Positions 18,540 through 28,293 of a DNA stretch of 64,000 nt are shown here, piece by piece. Numbering within the stretch: the stretch's first letter is position 1; the number at the start of each line of letters is the position of its first letter. The notes under the pieces were generated by a model. That model did no database searches, was not told the origin of the DNA, and saw nothing but the letters and a program-made list of their open reading frames with translations. This stretch comes from an uncultured Acidobacteriota bacterium (lineage in GTDB: Bacteria; Acidobacteriota; Vicinamibacteria; Fen-336), in NCBI GenBank assembly GCA_963720545.1, contig OY970399.1, positions 96,001-160,000 of the forward strand, written 5' to 3'. The position numbers were made by a program, and so were the translations under genes.

Positions 18540-19247
18540 CTAGGAGACCCACCCCCGGCCCTGGTACTCCATGTAGTCGGCCGTCGCCTGCGCGGCCGCT
18601 TCACCGAAGTACGCGGCAACGACGCGCAGCGCCATGTCGATCCCTGAGGTCAGACCGCCGGCGGAGGCGAGCCGCTCCCTCTCGTTCCACACGAAGCGCG
18701 TGCCGCGTTTCAGCGCCACTTCGGGGAAGCGCGTCGCGAAGTCCTCGTAGAAGTCGTGATGCGTGGTCGCGTCGAGCCCCTTCAGCAGGCCGGTCTTCGC
18801 GAGCAGGAAGGCGCCGGTGCACACCGACATCGTCAGGTCGGCGCGCGCATGCGACTTGCGGATCCAGGCGAGCGTCTCGTCCGACCGCCCGCCCTGCGCT
18901 GGAATCACCACCACGCTCGGTTGCGGTGCGTCGGCGAAAGTGAAGTTGGGGACGATGCGCATGCCCGCGGACGCGGTAATCGGCTCGGCCGTTTGCGCCA
19001 CGGTGTACAGGTTGAACGCCATGCGCCGCATGGGGCCCGCCACCACCGCGTCCTGGAACACTTCCCACGGCCCGCAGAAGTCGATGATCGTGGCGCCATC
19101 CGAAATCAGGACCGCGACGTTGATCGCGCTGCCCGGATCCTTGAGCACAGTCCGTGAGGCCGGCGAGGTCGCTTGAGCCGAGACCAGCCTCCAGGCGGCC
19201 ATGCCGCCTGCCGCGCCCATGAGCCCGACCATCTCTCTTCGCCGCAT
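18540..19247 (-). CDS. DJ-1/PfpI family protein with Tat-like signal
   Basis: IDFCGPWEVF, MSVCTGAFLLA, SAGGLTSGID; start at MRRREMVG. Confidence 0.88.
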   Translation of the reverse strand: MRRREMVGLMGAAGGMAAWRLVSAQATSPASRTVLKDPGSAINVAVLISDGATIIDFCGPWEVFQDAVVAGPMRRMAFNLYTVAQTAEPITASAGMRIVPNFTFADAPQPSVVVIPAQGGRSDETLAWIRKSHARADLTMSVCTGAFLLAKTGLLKGLDATTHHDFYEDFATRFPEVALKRGTRFVWNERERLASAGGLTSGIDMALRVVAAYFGEAAAQATADYMEYQGRGWVS

Positions 19248-19287
19248 CGTATTCACGACGCTAGCGGGCGAGGTGGTGCCTGGTCTG

Positions 19288-20100
19288 TTACGAACGAAAC
19301 CGCGATGCGCGGAACAGGGCGGGAGTGGTGCCGGTGACGCGGCGGAACACCTTGGTGAAATGGCTCTGGTCGGTGAAGCCGCAGTCTTGTGCGAGGTCGA
19401 TGAGTTCGGGGTCGCCCTGCAACAGGCGCGCGCAGGCGCGGCGGATGCGCTCGCGCTGCAGGTAGCCGCCGATCGACACACCGTGCGCGCGGCGAAAGGC
19501 GCGTGCCAGCGCCACCGGGTGCACGCGTACCGACGCGGCGAGCTCGCCAAGGGACAGTTTGTCCGGGAAAGCGTCGCGCAAGGCGTCCTCGATCTTGCGC
19601 AGCCAGGCCGCCGGCACGCGCGCGGTGTCGCCGTTGATGGCGCCCACCAGTTCGGCGCCGAGCGAATCGAGAACCAGGTCGGAGGCCGCGGTGCCGAGGC
19701 GATGCTCGCGCAGCAGCCGCAGGCACAGCCAGACGAGCTCGCCACGGCCGTCTTCGTGGCGGGGCCTGGCGCCGCCGTGCCCCGGGTCGAGCATGGCCGA
19801 GAGCGGCGTGCCCAGCTCGATCATGAGGAAGCGCGCACCGGCCGGGCCGACTGCGTCCGAGTGCGGCGCGCCGGCCGGACGCCAGCCGACGGTCAGCGGT
19901 TCGTAGGAAACGGCGCTGCGACGGTCGGCCTCGCGGTAGTCGCCCGTGAGAAGCAGAGACAGGAGTGGCCGTTCATGGACGTGTTCGGGATGCTCGCGGC
20001 GCACGGCGTGGCGCAGCAGCGACAAACGAAGGGCCGCGGTTTCCCGCGGCCCCTGGACTTCACCGTAGAAACGTCCGCTCGAGAGCTCGGCAGTTCCCAC
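19288..20100 (-). CDS. AraC family transcriptional regulator
   Basis: C-terminal CGFTDQSHFTKVFRRVTGTTP; N-terminal cupin-like HVHE. Confidence 0.9.
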   Translation of the reverse strand: MGTAELSSGRFYGEVQGPRETAALRLSLLRHAVRREHPEHVHERPLLSLLLTGDYREADRRSAVSYEPLTVGWRPAGAPHSDAVGPAGARFLMIELGTPLSAMLDPGHGGARPRHEDGRGELVWLCLRLLREHRLGTAASDLVLDSLGAELVGAINGDTARVPAAWLRKIEDALRDAFPDKLSLGELAASVRVHPVALARAFRRAHGVSIGGYLQRERIRRACARLLQGDPELIDLAQDCGFTDQSHFTKVFRRVTGTTPALFRASRFRS

Positions 20101-20115
20101 GGCCTGCGTGCTTCG

Positions 20116-20703
20116 TTACTTCTGGACCGAAACCGTCGTGAGCCGCACCGGCTGGGTGCCGTAGTCCTCGATCTCGAGCACCTTCGACGACTTGTCGTAG
20201 GTCACCTTGGCGGCGCGTTCCAGCTTGCCTTCGCCCTTGCCGTCGGCGTGCAGGTGGACTTCGCAGACCAGGTACTCGTACTCGGACGAACGGGTGTTGT
20301 TGGCGCGCTCGAAAAAGCTCATCGGCCGGTCGGTGAGGAAGAAGATCTTGCGGCCGCCGCCCGGCAGATCTTCCATGCGCGCGAACTGGATGTCCCAGCC
20401 GAGGCTGGTGCGCGTGCGGATGAAGCCGGCGCGGGGCTTGAAGTCCTGCACCACGTCGAGCAGGTCGCTCGGCTTCTTCTCCACCAGCGTGTCGATGATC
20501 TTCTTCTGCTCGTCGTCGGTCGACCAGCGCTCGATCACGATCTCGAGGGTCTGGGCCCCGGTGCGGCCGAAGCCGGACATGTTGACCGCGACGGCGTCGA
20601 GACGCAGCACGGATTCGGCCGCCGCCGCGTTGCGGGCGGGAGCGCCGGCAAGCAGCAAGGCGCCGACTGTGACCGCGGTGAAGTGCTTCGTTGTGCTACG
20701 CAT
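20116..20703 (-). CDS. Secreted hypothetical protein
   Basis: Signal peptide, GGAGG RBS, normal codon bias. Confidence 0.75.
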   Translation of the reverse strand: MRSTTKHFTAVTVGALLLAGAPARNAAAAESVLRLDAVAVNMSGFGRTGAQTLEIVIERWSTDDEQKKIIDTLVEKKPSDLLDVVQDFKPRAGFIRTRTSLGWDIQFARMEDLPGGGRKIFFLTDRPMSFFERANNTRSSEYEYLVCEVHLHADGKGEGKLERAAKVTYDKSSKVLEIEDYGTQPVRLTTVSVQK

Positions 20704-20843
20704 TGGACTGAAACCTCCCTCGAGCCTGGCGCTCGTAACCGGCCGCCCTCAGCGATCTTAGCGATCTGCCAGCGGGCCGCCATTCACTGGCATGGACGGA
20801 ACCGCTGCAGGGATCGTTCCCGCCAGGGCGGGTGCTGCAATCT

Positions 20844-22637
20844 TTAACCGGCGAACCGCCACTTGCTGCGGAAATCGCTTGCCGGAGCCTCTTTTTTGAG
20901 GAGGGCACGCAGCATTTCCACGGGAATCGGGCCTTCGCGCAGGATGCGGTCGTGGAACGCCCGGTTCGTCATCTTGCCGGTCGTCACGAGTTCCTGGTGG
21001 AGCGCCCGCAGCTGCAGGGCGCCGAGCATGTAGGCCGCCTGGTAAAGCGGTGAGTACTCGCCGCCGAACGAGCGGCGCACTTCGCCTTCCGCCGTCCAGC
21101 GCTCGTGCCCGACGCGGTCGACGAGCAACTGCACGCACTGCTCGGGTGTCATCGTGCCGAGGTGGAACGACAACGAAAAGATGATGCGAGCGCAGCGGTG
21201 CATGCGCCAGAACAGCATGCCGACCCGGTCTTCGGCCGAGCGCGGGAAGCCCTCGTCGTAGAGCATGAACTCGAACCAGAGCGCCCAGCCTTCGACAAAG
21301 AACGGCGTGCGGAACGAGCGCCTTTGGGTGCTGTAGCGAGCCGCCATGAAGCCTTGCAGGTGATGGCCGGGAATCAGCTCGTGGTGGACCACCGCCCGCG
21401 AGAAGTGTTCGTTGTTGGAGCGGATGCTGTCGATCTTCTCCGACTGCGTCATCGTGTCGGTGGGGTAGGCGATCTGCAGCGTCTCACCGCCGAGGAAGAA
21501 GGGCGCCACTTTCTGCCGCTCGGGCGACAGCATGTCCCAGCCCCAGATGTCGGCGGCGAGCGGCGGCACCGTGACGAGGTTCTTCTTCTCGACGTAGTCG
21601 ATCGCCTCGAGCGCGAGGCGGCGCGCGACGTCCACCTGCCCGCCGGGCGGCACCGACTCGCTGCGCACCTTGTCGAGCGCCTTCTTCCAGTCGTCGCCAA
21701 AGCCCATCTCCCGCGAAGCCTTCTTCATCTCGCCTTCGCACCAGGCCATCTCGCGGTTCGCGATGTCGATGAGTTCCTCGGGCGAGTACGGGATCATCTC
21801 GGCTTCCAGTTCCTCGCCCAGGCCGGCGCGGCCGATCGGTTCGCCGATGATGGGATCGGTGGCGCCCGCGACGACGCCGATGACGCCCACGCGTAGCGCA
21901 TTCGTGTAGTCGTCGAGGCCCTTGCCGAAACGGGCGTAGGGATCGCGGACCCACCAGGAAAAAAGCGGATCGAAGTGATCGTAGTGGTCGTACCACGAGG
22001 CCAGCGCGATGCGCAGTTCCTTCATGCGCTCGATCGCGCGCGCGGCGATCACCGGCGACGGCCTGGCACCGCCGCCGGCGACTGCGCGCTGCGCCCCTTC
22101 CAGCTCGACGAGCCCGTCCGCCAGCACCTGCGCCGAGCCGCGCGGATCGACGCTTTCGAGGCGGCGCCGTGCTTCGGGCAGCGCCTGCACCTTCTCGAGG
22201 AACGGCAGGTACGGACGCGCTTCCTCGGTGAGCTGCTGTTCGCGATCGAGCGCCCGCAGCTCGCGGAGCAGCTGCGTGTGCAGCAGCGTGCGATCGACCT
22301 TGCCGGCGACGCTCAGGTTGTCGAAGGCGACCGCGTCGAGGCGCTGCTGCCAGGCCTTGTAGAACTCGCGCATCCGCTCGCGGCGCTGCGGGCCCTGGGG
22401 CACGCTCCACAGCCGCAGCAGCGCCGCCCGGTCGTTGGCGTAGCGTTCGAGCAGCGGTGCCAGCTCGCTCGGGTCGGGCACCGTGAGGTCGTCGCTGCCG
22501 GGCAGGTAGCTCGCGGCTTCGCGCTGCGCCGCACGCGACGCGGCTGGGGTCGCCAAAGGCGATGCCGCGGGACCGGAAGCAGCACCGGCAGCGCCCATCG
22601 AACACAGCGCCGCCGCGGTCAGGAGGTGAAGTTTCAT
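20844..22637 (-). CDS. DUF885 family secreted protein
   Basis: HELIPGHHLQ, FVEGWA, YQAAYMLG motifs. Confidence 0.88.
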   Translation of the reverse strand: MKLHLLTAAALCSMGAAGAASGPAASPLATPAASRAAQREAASYLPGSDDLTVPDPSELAPLLERYANDRAALLRLWSVPQGPQRRERMREFYKAWQQRLDAVAFDNLSVAGKVDRTLLHTQLLRELRALDREQQLTEEARPYLPFLEKVQALPEARRRLESVDPRGSAQVLADGLVELEGAQRAVAGGGARPSPVIAARAIERMKELRIALASWYDHYDHFDPLFSWWVRDPYARFGKGLDDYTNALRVGVIGVVAGATDPIIGEPIGRAGLGEELEAEMIPYSPEELIDIANREMAWCEGEMKKASREMGFGDDWKKALDKVRSESVPPGGQVDVARRLALEAIDYVEKKNLVTVPPLAADIWGWDMLSPERQKVAPFFLGGETLQIAYPTDTMTQSEKIDSIRSNNEHFSRAVVHHELIPGHHLQGFMAARYSTQRRSFRTPFFVEGWALWFEFMLYDEGFPRSAEDRVGMLFWRMHRCARIIFSLSFHLGTMTPEQCVQLLVDRVGHERWTAEGEVRRSFGGEYSPLYQAAYMLGALQLRALHQELVTTGKMTNRAFHDRILREGPIPVEMLRALLKKEAPASDFRSKWRFAG

Positions 22638-22728
22638 GGGCCGGGATGATAGTTCAGGTCGCGGCCGCCGAGGATGTCCTCGCGCACGCGCGCAACCCCC
22701 TGCGCGACGCCGGAAACCCCGCGTGTCG

Positions 22729-23397
22729 CTAGGCCGCGTCCACTCGCCCAGCGCCGTCCCCGGGCTCGCCCAGGAACTCGACCCACGCCTTTTTCATGCA
22801 GGGATAATGCTTCGACGCCTCGACCAAGTCGAGGAACGCTGCCAGATTCTGCTCGAAGCGGACCACAAGCTTCTGGTCCACAAGCGTGCCGGTGTCGGTG
22901 AACGCCTGGTGCGCTTGGGCAAGCGAGAACATGTGCGGGAAGACACGCGAGCCCAGGTGCTCGAGGGGCACACGCAGCGACCAGAGCCCGCGGTTGCCGC
23001 CCGCCATCGAAGGCGATGCCGACATGAGGAGCCCGTGGCGCGCGTTAAATGGCTGCGGGCGCACGCGGGACACCCAGTCGATCGCGTTTTTCAGGTGGCC
23101 AGGGATGGATGCGTTGTACTCGGGTGAGGCGATGACGAAGGCGTCGGTCGCCTCCACGCGCCGGTTCAGCTCGCGCGATCCGGGCGGGATGCCGTCCCGA
23201 GCCTCTAAATCCTGGTCGTACGACGGACCATCGAACTCGCGCATCGTGGCGAAGTCGACAACGGCACCGTGGCGCTCAGCCACTGCGCGGGCCAGGAGCG
23301 CGAGTCGCGTGTTGAAGGAGTCCGCCCTCAGCGATGCGGAGAAGACCAGGAGCCGAACCGGCCCCGGCCGCGGCGTTCGACTCTTTGTTGCTCCCAT
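22729..23397 (-). CDS. NAD(P)H-dependent FMN reductase (flavodoxin-like)
   Basis: SLRADSFN, SPEYNASIPGHLKNAIDWVSR; start at ATG 23397 or 23403. Confidence 0.9.
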   Translation of the reverse strand: MGATKSRTPRPGPVRLLVFSASLRADSFNTRLALLARAVAERHGAVVDFATMREFDGPSYDQDLEARDGIPPGSRELNRRVEATDAFVIASPEYNASIPGHLKNAIDWVSRVRPQPFNARHGLLMSASPSMAGGNRGLWSLRVPLEHLGSRVFPHMFSLAQAHQAFTDTGTLVDQKLVVRFEQNLAAFLDLVEASKHYPCMKKAWVEFLGEPGDGAGRVDAA

Positions 23398-23650
23398 AGT
23401 CATTGACCTCCGCTCGCCTCGCTCAGCCAACGCGACGGCGAAGTCACGTTGTTTGTAGCATGGCTCGCGGTCTTCGCGTTGTCCATGGCCGGGGTGGGTT
23501 CGCCCTTGACTCGGCATCGATCCTCCGCCGACGGGCTGGCGGCCACGCCCCCGCGGGCTCAGCGAGCGCCACGGCAGATGCGCTATGTGCGGACCATGCG
23601 ATTCACGACCCCAGAGCCGGGGGTCTCACACGTCGCGGAAACGACCGTCG

Positions 23651-25342
23651 CTACTCGCCGGGCGGCGCGTCGTAGAGACGCGCGCGGAGTGCTTCTCGGT
23701 GAGCCGCCGCCTGCACCGGATCAAGAGCGTCGCCCGCGGTCACTGCCTCGGCGAGAGCGACTCCCACCTCGGCTTCTCCGACCGCCACCACGCTCGCACC
23801 CGCGCTGCGCAGCGCCTTCGCATCCCGCAGGTGGGCGCACCGGGCCAGCACCCGCAGCTCGGGATTGAGTTGGCGCGCCTGCCGCACGATCTCCGGTGCT
23901 TCGTCGACGTCCGTGCTCAGCACGAGGCTGGCGGCGATCGCGATGCCGGCTTCGTCGAGCGTGCCCGTCCTCAGGACGTCACCATACACGGCCTTGATTC
24001 CCCGATCGCGCAGCTCGCGCACGGTTTCGAGGTTCAGGTCCACAACCGTGACTTCGGCTCCCCGATCGGTCAGAAGCTGGTACACGATGCGGCCCACCGG
24101 TCCGTACCCCACGAGGATCGAGCGCCGCGGATCCATGGCCGCCCCTTCGGGCTTTGCGGCCGGGGCGAGGTCCAGGGTCGGCAGTGCGCGGCGCCGGGCC
24201 CAGCCATAGACGGTGGGGTTCAGCGCGATCGAGATGATGGATGCCGCCACCAGCGCGTCCCAGCCGGTGTCGGTAACGAGCCCCAGCTGGTGGGCGACGG
24301 TGCCCAGTATGAAGCTGAACTCGCCGACCTGCGAGAAGGCCGCTGCCACGGGGAGAGCGAGAGACATCGAGGTGCCCAGCGCGCGTACGGTGATGAAGGC
24401 GGCCAGCGGCTTGACGACGATCACGACGAGCAGTACCAACGCGACGGGCAACGGCGCGTCCACGAGAGTGCGCGGATTGAAGAGCATTCCGATGGAGACG
24501 AAAAACAGCACGGCGAACGCATCGCGCATCGGTATGGCGTCGATCGCGGCGCGCGCCGCGAAGTCGGTTCGTCCCACCGCGAGCCCGGCCAGGAAGGCAC
24601 CCAACTCCATCGACACGCCGAAGATGCCAGCCGCGCCGACGGCGATACCCACGGCCAGGACTAGCACAGCCAGCGTGAACAGCTCGCGGGAGCGCGTCCG
24701 CTCGATCTTCCCGAGCGCCCATGGAACCACGGATCGGCCGAGCACGACCACCGTGACGACGAGCCCTACGATCTTCGCGCCTGCCATCGCCAGGGCTTGC
24801 CCGGCGGTCGTACCAGTGCCGCCGCTACCGAAGAAGATGGGCAGCAGCAGCAGCGCGGCCACGGTCAGGATGTCTTCGACGACCGTCCAACCGATCGCGA
24901 TGTTACCGATTGGCGCATGGAGGTCACGCCAGTCGGCGAGGACGAGGGCCATCACCACGGTGCTCGCCACCGAGACGGCCAGGCCGAGGATGATTCCCGC
25001 CGTCCAGCTCCAGCCCACGAGGTGGAGCAGTCCGGCGAGCGCAGTGGTCGAGAGGGTGCTCTGGATGAGGGCGCCCGGCACCGCCACTCGCCACACGGCG
25101 ATCAGCTCGTGCAAGTGGAAGCGCAGGCCCATTCCGAAAAGAAGCAAGATCACGCCGATCTCGGCGAACTGTCGGGCAATCTCGCGGTCGGCGACGAAGC
25201 CGGGGGTGAAAGGGCCCACCAGGACGCCTGCCATCAGGTATCCGACGATGGGCGACAGCGCCAGCCGGTTCGCAAGGTACCCAAGGAGCAGAGCGCCGGC
25301 CAGTGCCGCGATGAGCGTCAGCAGCGTGGAGAGATCGTGCAT
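23651..25342 (-). CDS. CPA2 cation:proton antiporter with TrkA-N domain (YbaL/RosB-like)
   Basis: AEIGVILLLFGMG, LGAFLAG, QVGEFSFI, VGYGPVG; start at ATG 25342. Confidence 0.9.
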   Translation of the reverse strand: MHDLSTLLTLIAALAGALLLGYLANRLALSPIVGYLMAGVLVGPFTPGFVADREIARQFAEIGVILLLFGMGLRFHLHELIAVWRVAVPGALIQSTLSTTALAGLLHLVGWSWTAGIILGLAVSVASTVVMALVLADWRDLHAPIGNIAIGWTVVEDILTVAALLLLPIFFGSGGTGTTAGQALAMAGAKIVGLVVTVVVLGRSVVPWALGKIERTRSRELFTLAVLVLAVGIAVGAAGIFGVSMELGAFLAGLAVGRTDFAARAAIDAIPMRDAFAVLFFVSIGMLFNPRTLVDAPLPVALVLLVVIVVKPLAAFITVRALGTSMSLALPVAAAFSQVGEFSFILGTVAHQLGLVTDTGWDALVAASIISIALNPTVYGWARRRALPTLDLAPAAKPEGAAMDPRRSILVGYGPVGRIVYQLLTDRGAEVTVVDLNLETVRELRDRGIKAVYGDVLRTGTLDEAGIAIAASLVLSTDVDEAPEIVRQARQLNPELRVLARCAHLRDAKALRSAGASVVAVGEAEVGVALAEAVTAGDALDPVQAAAHREALRARLYDAPPGE

Positions 25343-25498
25343 GGCGGGTAACGGAGTATAAAGCCTGGACTTGATGCCTTCGTCGACCCCGACAGTTCTG
25401 ACACTCCGGTTGACCATGTCAGGCCGTGTCAGTGTGGCATTCGGGTCGGGTCCCGGGGCATCGTACTGGAGCGGGATAGAATTCGTGGCCGAACGGAC

Positions 25499-25765
25499 AT
25501 GGCGACGAAGCGATTTCTGGTGCGCGGTCGAGTGCAGGGGGTCGGCTACCGGTACTTCGCCCTGAAGACGGCGGAGGAACTGGGCGTCACCGGCTTCGCG
25601 CGCAACATGATCGACGGTTCCGTCGAAGTGGTTGCCGCCGCCGGCGACGAGGTCCTGGCGCGTTACGAGGAGTTGCTGCGCAAAGGCCCGGCCTTCGCGC
25701 GGGTCGCGAGCGTGGAAGCCGCGGCGGCGCCCGACCGCGGCGACCTCCGGTTCGAGGTGCGATGA
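25499..25765 (+). CDS. acyP: Acylphosphatase
   Basis: GRVQGVGYR, ARNMIDGSVE. Confidence 0.93.
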   Translation: MATKRFLVRGRVQGVGYRYFALKTAEELGVTGFARNMIDGSVEVVAAAGDEVLARYEELLRKGPAFARVASVEAAAAPDRGDLRFEVR

Positions 25766-26313
25766 ACTTCCTGCGCAGCCTGAGCCGCGAAGAGGCAGTC
25801 GCCGCCCTCAAGGCGTCGATTCGCGACGTCCCCGATTTTCCGAAGCCCGGCATCGTCTTCAAGGACGTGACGACGCTGCTGCGCGACGGTGCGCTGCTGC
25901 GCCTCTGCGCCGACCAGTTGGTCGAGCTCTGCGCCGGGCGCACCATCGACAAGGTGGTGGCGGTGGAGAGCCGCGGATTCATCTTCGGCGCGATGGTCGC
26001 CGAGCGCATCGGTGCCGGCTTCGTGCCGGTGCGCAAGCCGGGCAAGCTGCCGGCACTCACCTTCTCGGCGAGCTACGCGCTCGAATACGGCACCGACGCG
26101 GTGCACATGCACCGCGACGCGCTGGAACGCGGCGACTCGGTGCTGGTGGTGGACGACGTCATCGCCACCGGCGGCACCGCCGCCGCCACCGTGGAACTCG
26201 TGGAAACAGCGGGCGGTGTGGTAAACGCGTGCCTGTTCCTCGTCGAGCTGACGTTCCTGCACGGCCGCGACCGGCTGCCCGGCCGCGACGTGCAGAGCCT
26301 GATCAGCTTCTAG
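25762..26313 (+). CDS. apt: Adenine phosphoribosyltransferase
   Basis: DFPKPGIVFKD, ESRGF, RKPGKLP, VDDVIATGGT. Confidence 0.95.
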   Translation: MNFLRSLSREEAVAALKASIRDVPDFPKPGIVFKDVTTLLRDGALLRLCADQLVELCAGRTIDKVVAVESRGFIFGAMVAERIGAGFVPVRKPGKLPALTFSASYALEYGTDAVHMHRDALERGDSVLVVDDVIATGGTAAATVELVETAGGVVNACLFLVELTFLHGRDRLPGRDVQSLISF

Positions 26314-28277
26314 TAGTGCGTCGTCAGCTTCGCGAGGTGCCCCCAGATGGCAAGCCATGCGAGGCCGAGGCAGGCGAGCGCCACCAGCGTTTCGTGAAGC
26401 CGGGTCCAGAACCATCGTCGCGCCTGCCAGGCACGCAGCGCGTTCAGCACCGGTACCAGCGATAGCAGGCACAGCAGTATCGTCAGCGCCTCGAGCGTGA
26501 GGATCAGCCAGTCGGTGCGGCGGCTCAGCGTGCCGATGTCCGACAGGCCCTTGACGATGAACACGGTCCAGCCGGCGAGCAGCAGCAGCCACAGGATGCC
26601 GACGAGCCGCGACCACAGCCGCAGGCGGCGTTCGCCCGGCTCGAGGCCCAGCGTGCGCCCGTAGTGCTTGCGGGTCATGGCGGCGAGCGGCCAGCCAAGG
26701 CTTGTCAGCAGCAACATGCCGATCGAGAAGCCGGCGAGGCCCTGGATGAAGCGCTTGTCGAGATACCACGGCACTCGCTTGAAGACCATGAACGGGAAGT
26801 CCACCGCGAGGGTGACGCCGCCCGCGGCATCGCGTTCGAAGGCAATGCGGTCCTTGCCGTCCTGGGCGCGGAAGGTGGTCGGACCCTCCGCCCGCCAGCG
26901 TCGCGGCGCGCCGTCGTTGCGGTTGAGGCCGTCCACCACGAGTGTGCCGTCCGGTTGCGGGACCACCGTCAGCTGGCTGATGCCGAAGAGCGCTTTCAGG
27001 AAGTTGCTGTCGGCGCGGCGGCTGATGAGGTAATTGCCGGCGAGGGTCTTCGCGGCGAGCGTCTGCGCGCTCGCCGCGGGCAGCGGCTCCGGATAGTAGC
27101 GGTCGAGGATCGCCTCCCAAAGCTCGCTGCGCCCCGACACCTGGGCGCGTCCGGAGCTGTTGTAGGAGACGAAGAAACCGAGGTTGAGGTCGGGTACGAC
27201 GTGCAGGTCGGTGTGGAATGCCTGCGTATCCCCGGCGTGGCCGACGATGCGGTGTCCGTTGCGCGTTTCCTCGTAGAAGCCGAGCGCCATGCCGTTCAGG
27301 GCCGGCGACGCGCCGAAGGTGCGCGTGTGCATCGCAGCGACGGTCTCAGGCTTGAGGATCTGCGCGTCGCCGAGCCGCCCGGCGCCGAGGAAGGCGCGGA
27401 TGAAGCGCGACATGTCTTCCGCTGAAGCCGAAACGCTGCCGGCCGGCCATGCCTGCACCACCTCGAAAGGCACCAGGGGGTCGGTGCCGTTCTTGTAGCC
27501 CTTCGACATGACGGCCTCGAGCGCACCCGGCAGCGGCTGCGCGAACGAGGTGGACTTCATGCCAAGCGGGTCGAGGATGCGCTCGTGCAGATAGCGCTCG
27601 AGCGGCATACCCGCCGCACGCTCGACGATGTAGCCGGCGAGCGTCGTTCCGTAGTTCGAGTACGCGGGCACCTCGCCAGGCGGGAAGATGCGCGCCGGTA
27701 CGTGCGTGGCGAGGTAGCGGGGGAGCGGCTCCACGTCCTTCGGCGTCGCGACGAACAGCTCCTTCACCACGTCTTCGAAACCGGGCGTGTGCGTCATGAG
27801 GTTGCGCAGCGTGATGGGCTTGCCGAAGCCTTCCGGAATCTTGAAATCGATGTACTGGTTCACGTCGGTGTCGAGGTCGAGCTTGCCGGCTTCCACCTGC
27901 TGCATGACCGCGGTCCAGGTGAAGAGCTTCGACACCGAACCGATGCGAAACAGGGTCTGCGTGGTGACCGGCGCTCGCTTCTCGACATCGGCATAGCCGT
28001 AGCCCTTCGCGAACAGCACTTCGCCGTCCTTCACCACCGCCACCACCGCGCCGGCGATGTCGGCGCGCGACAGCTGGATGGGCACGATGCCGTCGACGAA
28101 CGCCGACAGGTCGGCGGCGGTGAGCGCCGGCGGGACGCCGGCCACTGCAGGGGCGGTCGCCAGGGCGGGAGCGGGCGTGGGCGCCAGGGCAGGAGCAGGC
28201 GCCTGGGCTTGTGCACGCGGCGCACCAGCGAAGAGTGCCGCCACGGCTACGAACGACACCAACCGATACCGGGACAT
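26310..28277 (-). CDS. Beta-lactamase-family serine hydrolase with C-terminal transmembrane helices
   Basis: SxxK (GSVSK), YSN, HAG motifs; signal peptide; three C-terminal hydrophobic segments; start at ATG 28277. Confidence 0.88.
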   Translation of the reverse strand: MSRYRLVSFVAVAALFAGAPRAQAQAPAPALAPTPAPALATAPAVAGVPPALTAADLSAFVDGIVPIQLSRADIAGAVVAVVKDGEVLFAKGYGYADVEKRAPVTTQTLFRIGSVSKLFTWTAVMQQVEAGKLDLDTDVNQYIDFKIPEGFGKPITLRNLMTHTPGFEDVVKELFVATPKDVEPLPRYLATHVPARIFPPGEVPAYSNYGTTLAGYIVERAAGMPLERYLHERILDPLGMKSTSFAQPLPGALEAVMSKGYKNGTDPLVPFEVVQAWPAGSVSASAEDMSRFIRAFLGAGRLGDAQILKPETVAAMHTRTFGASPALNGMALGFYEETRNGHRIVGHAGDTQAFHTDLHVVPDLNLGFFVSYNSSGRAQVSGRSELWEAILDRYYPEPLPAASAQTLAAKTLAGNYLISRRADSNFLKALFGISQLTVVPQPDGTLVVDGLNRNDGAPRRWRAEGPTTFRAQDGKDRIAFERDAAGGVTLAVDFPFMVFKRVPWYLDKRFIQGLAGFSIGMLLLTSLGWPLAAMTRKHYGRTLGLEPGERRLRLWSRLVGILWLLLLAGWTVFIVKGLSDIGTLSRRTDWLILTLEALTILLCLLSLVPVLNALRAWQARRWFWTRLHETLVALACLGLAWLAIWGHLAKLTTHY

Positions 28278-28293
28278 TAGGCTCCTTGGTTTG

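Noticed and set aside
23404..23650. Possible small plus-strand ORF (23449..23868) in the gap between the FMN reductase and the antiporter
   Set aside because: Overlaps the antiporter antisense for over 200 bp, has no RBS, and has an Arg/Pro-rich shadow-like composition
28141..28210. Imperfect tandem repeat encoding APAPALAP/TPAPALAT
   Set aside because: Ordinary low-complexity linker after a signal peptide
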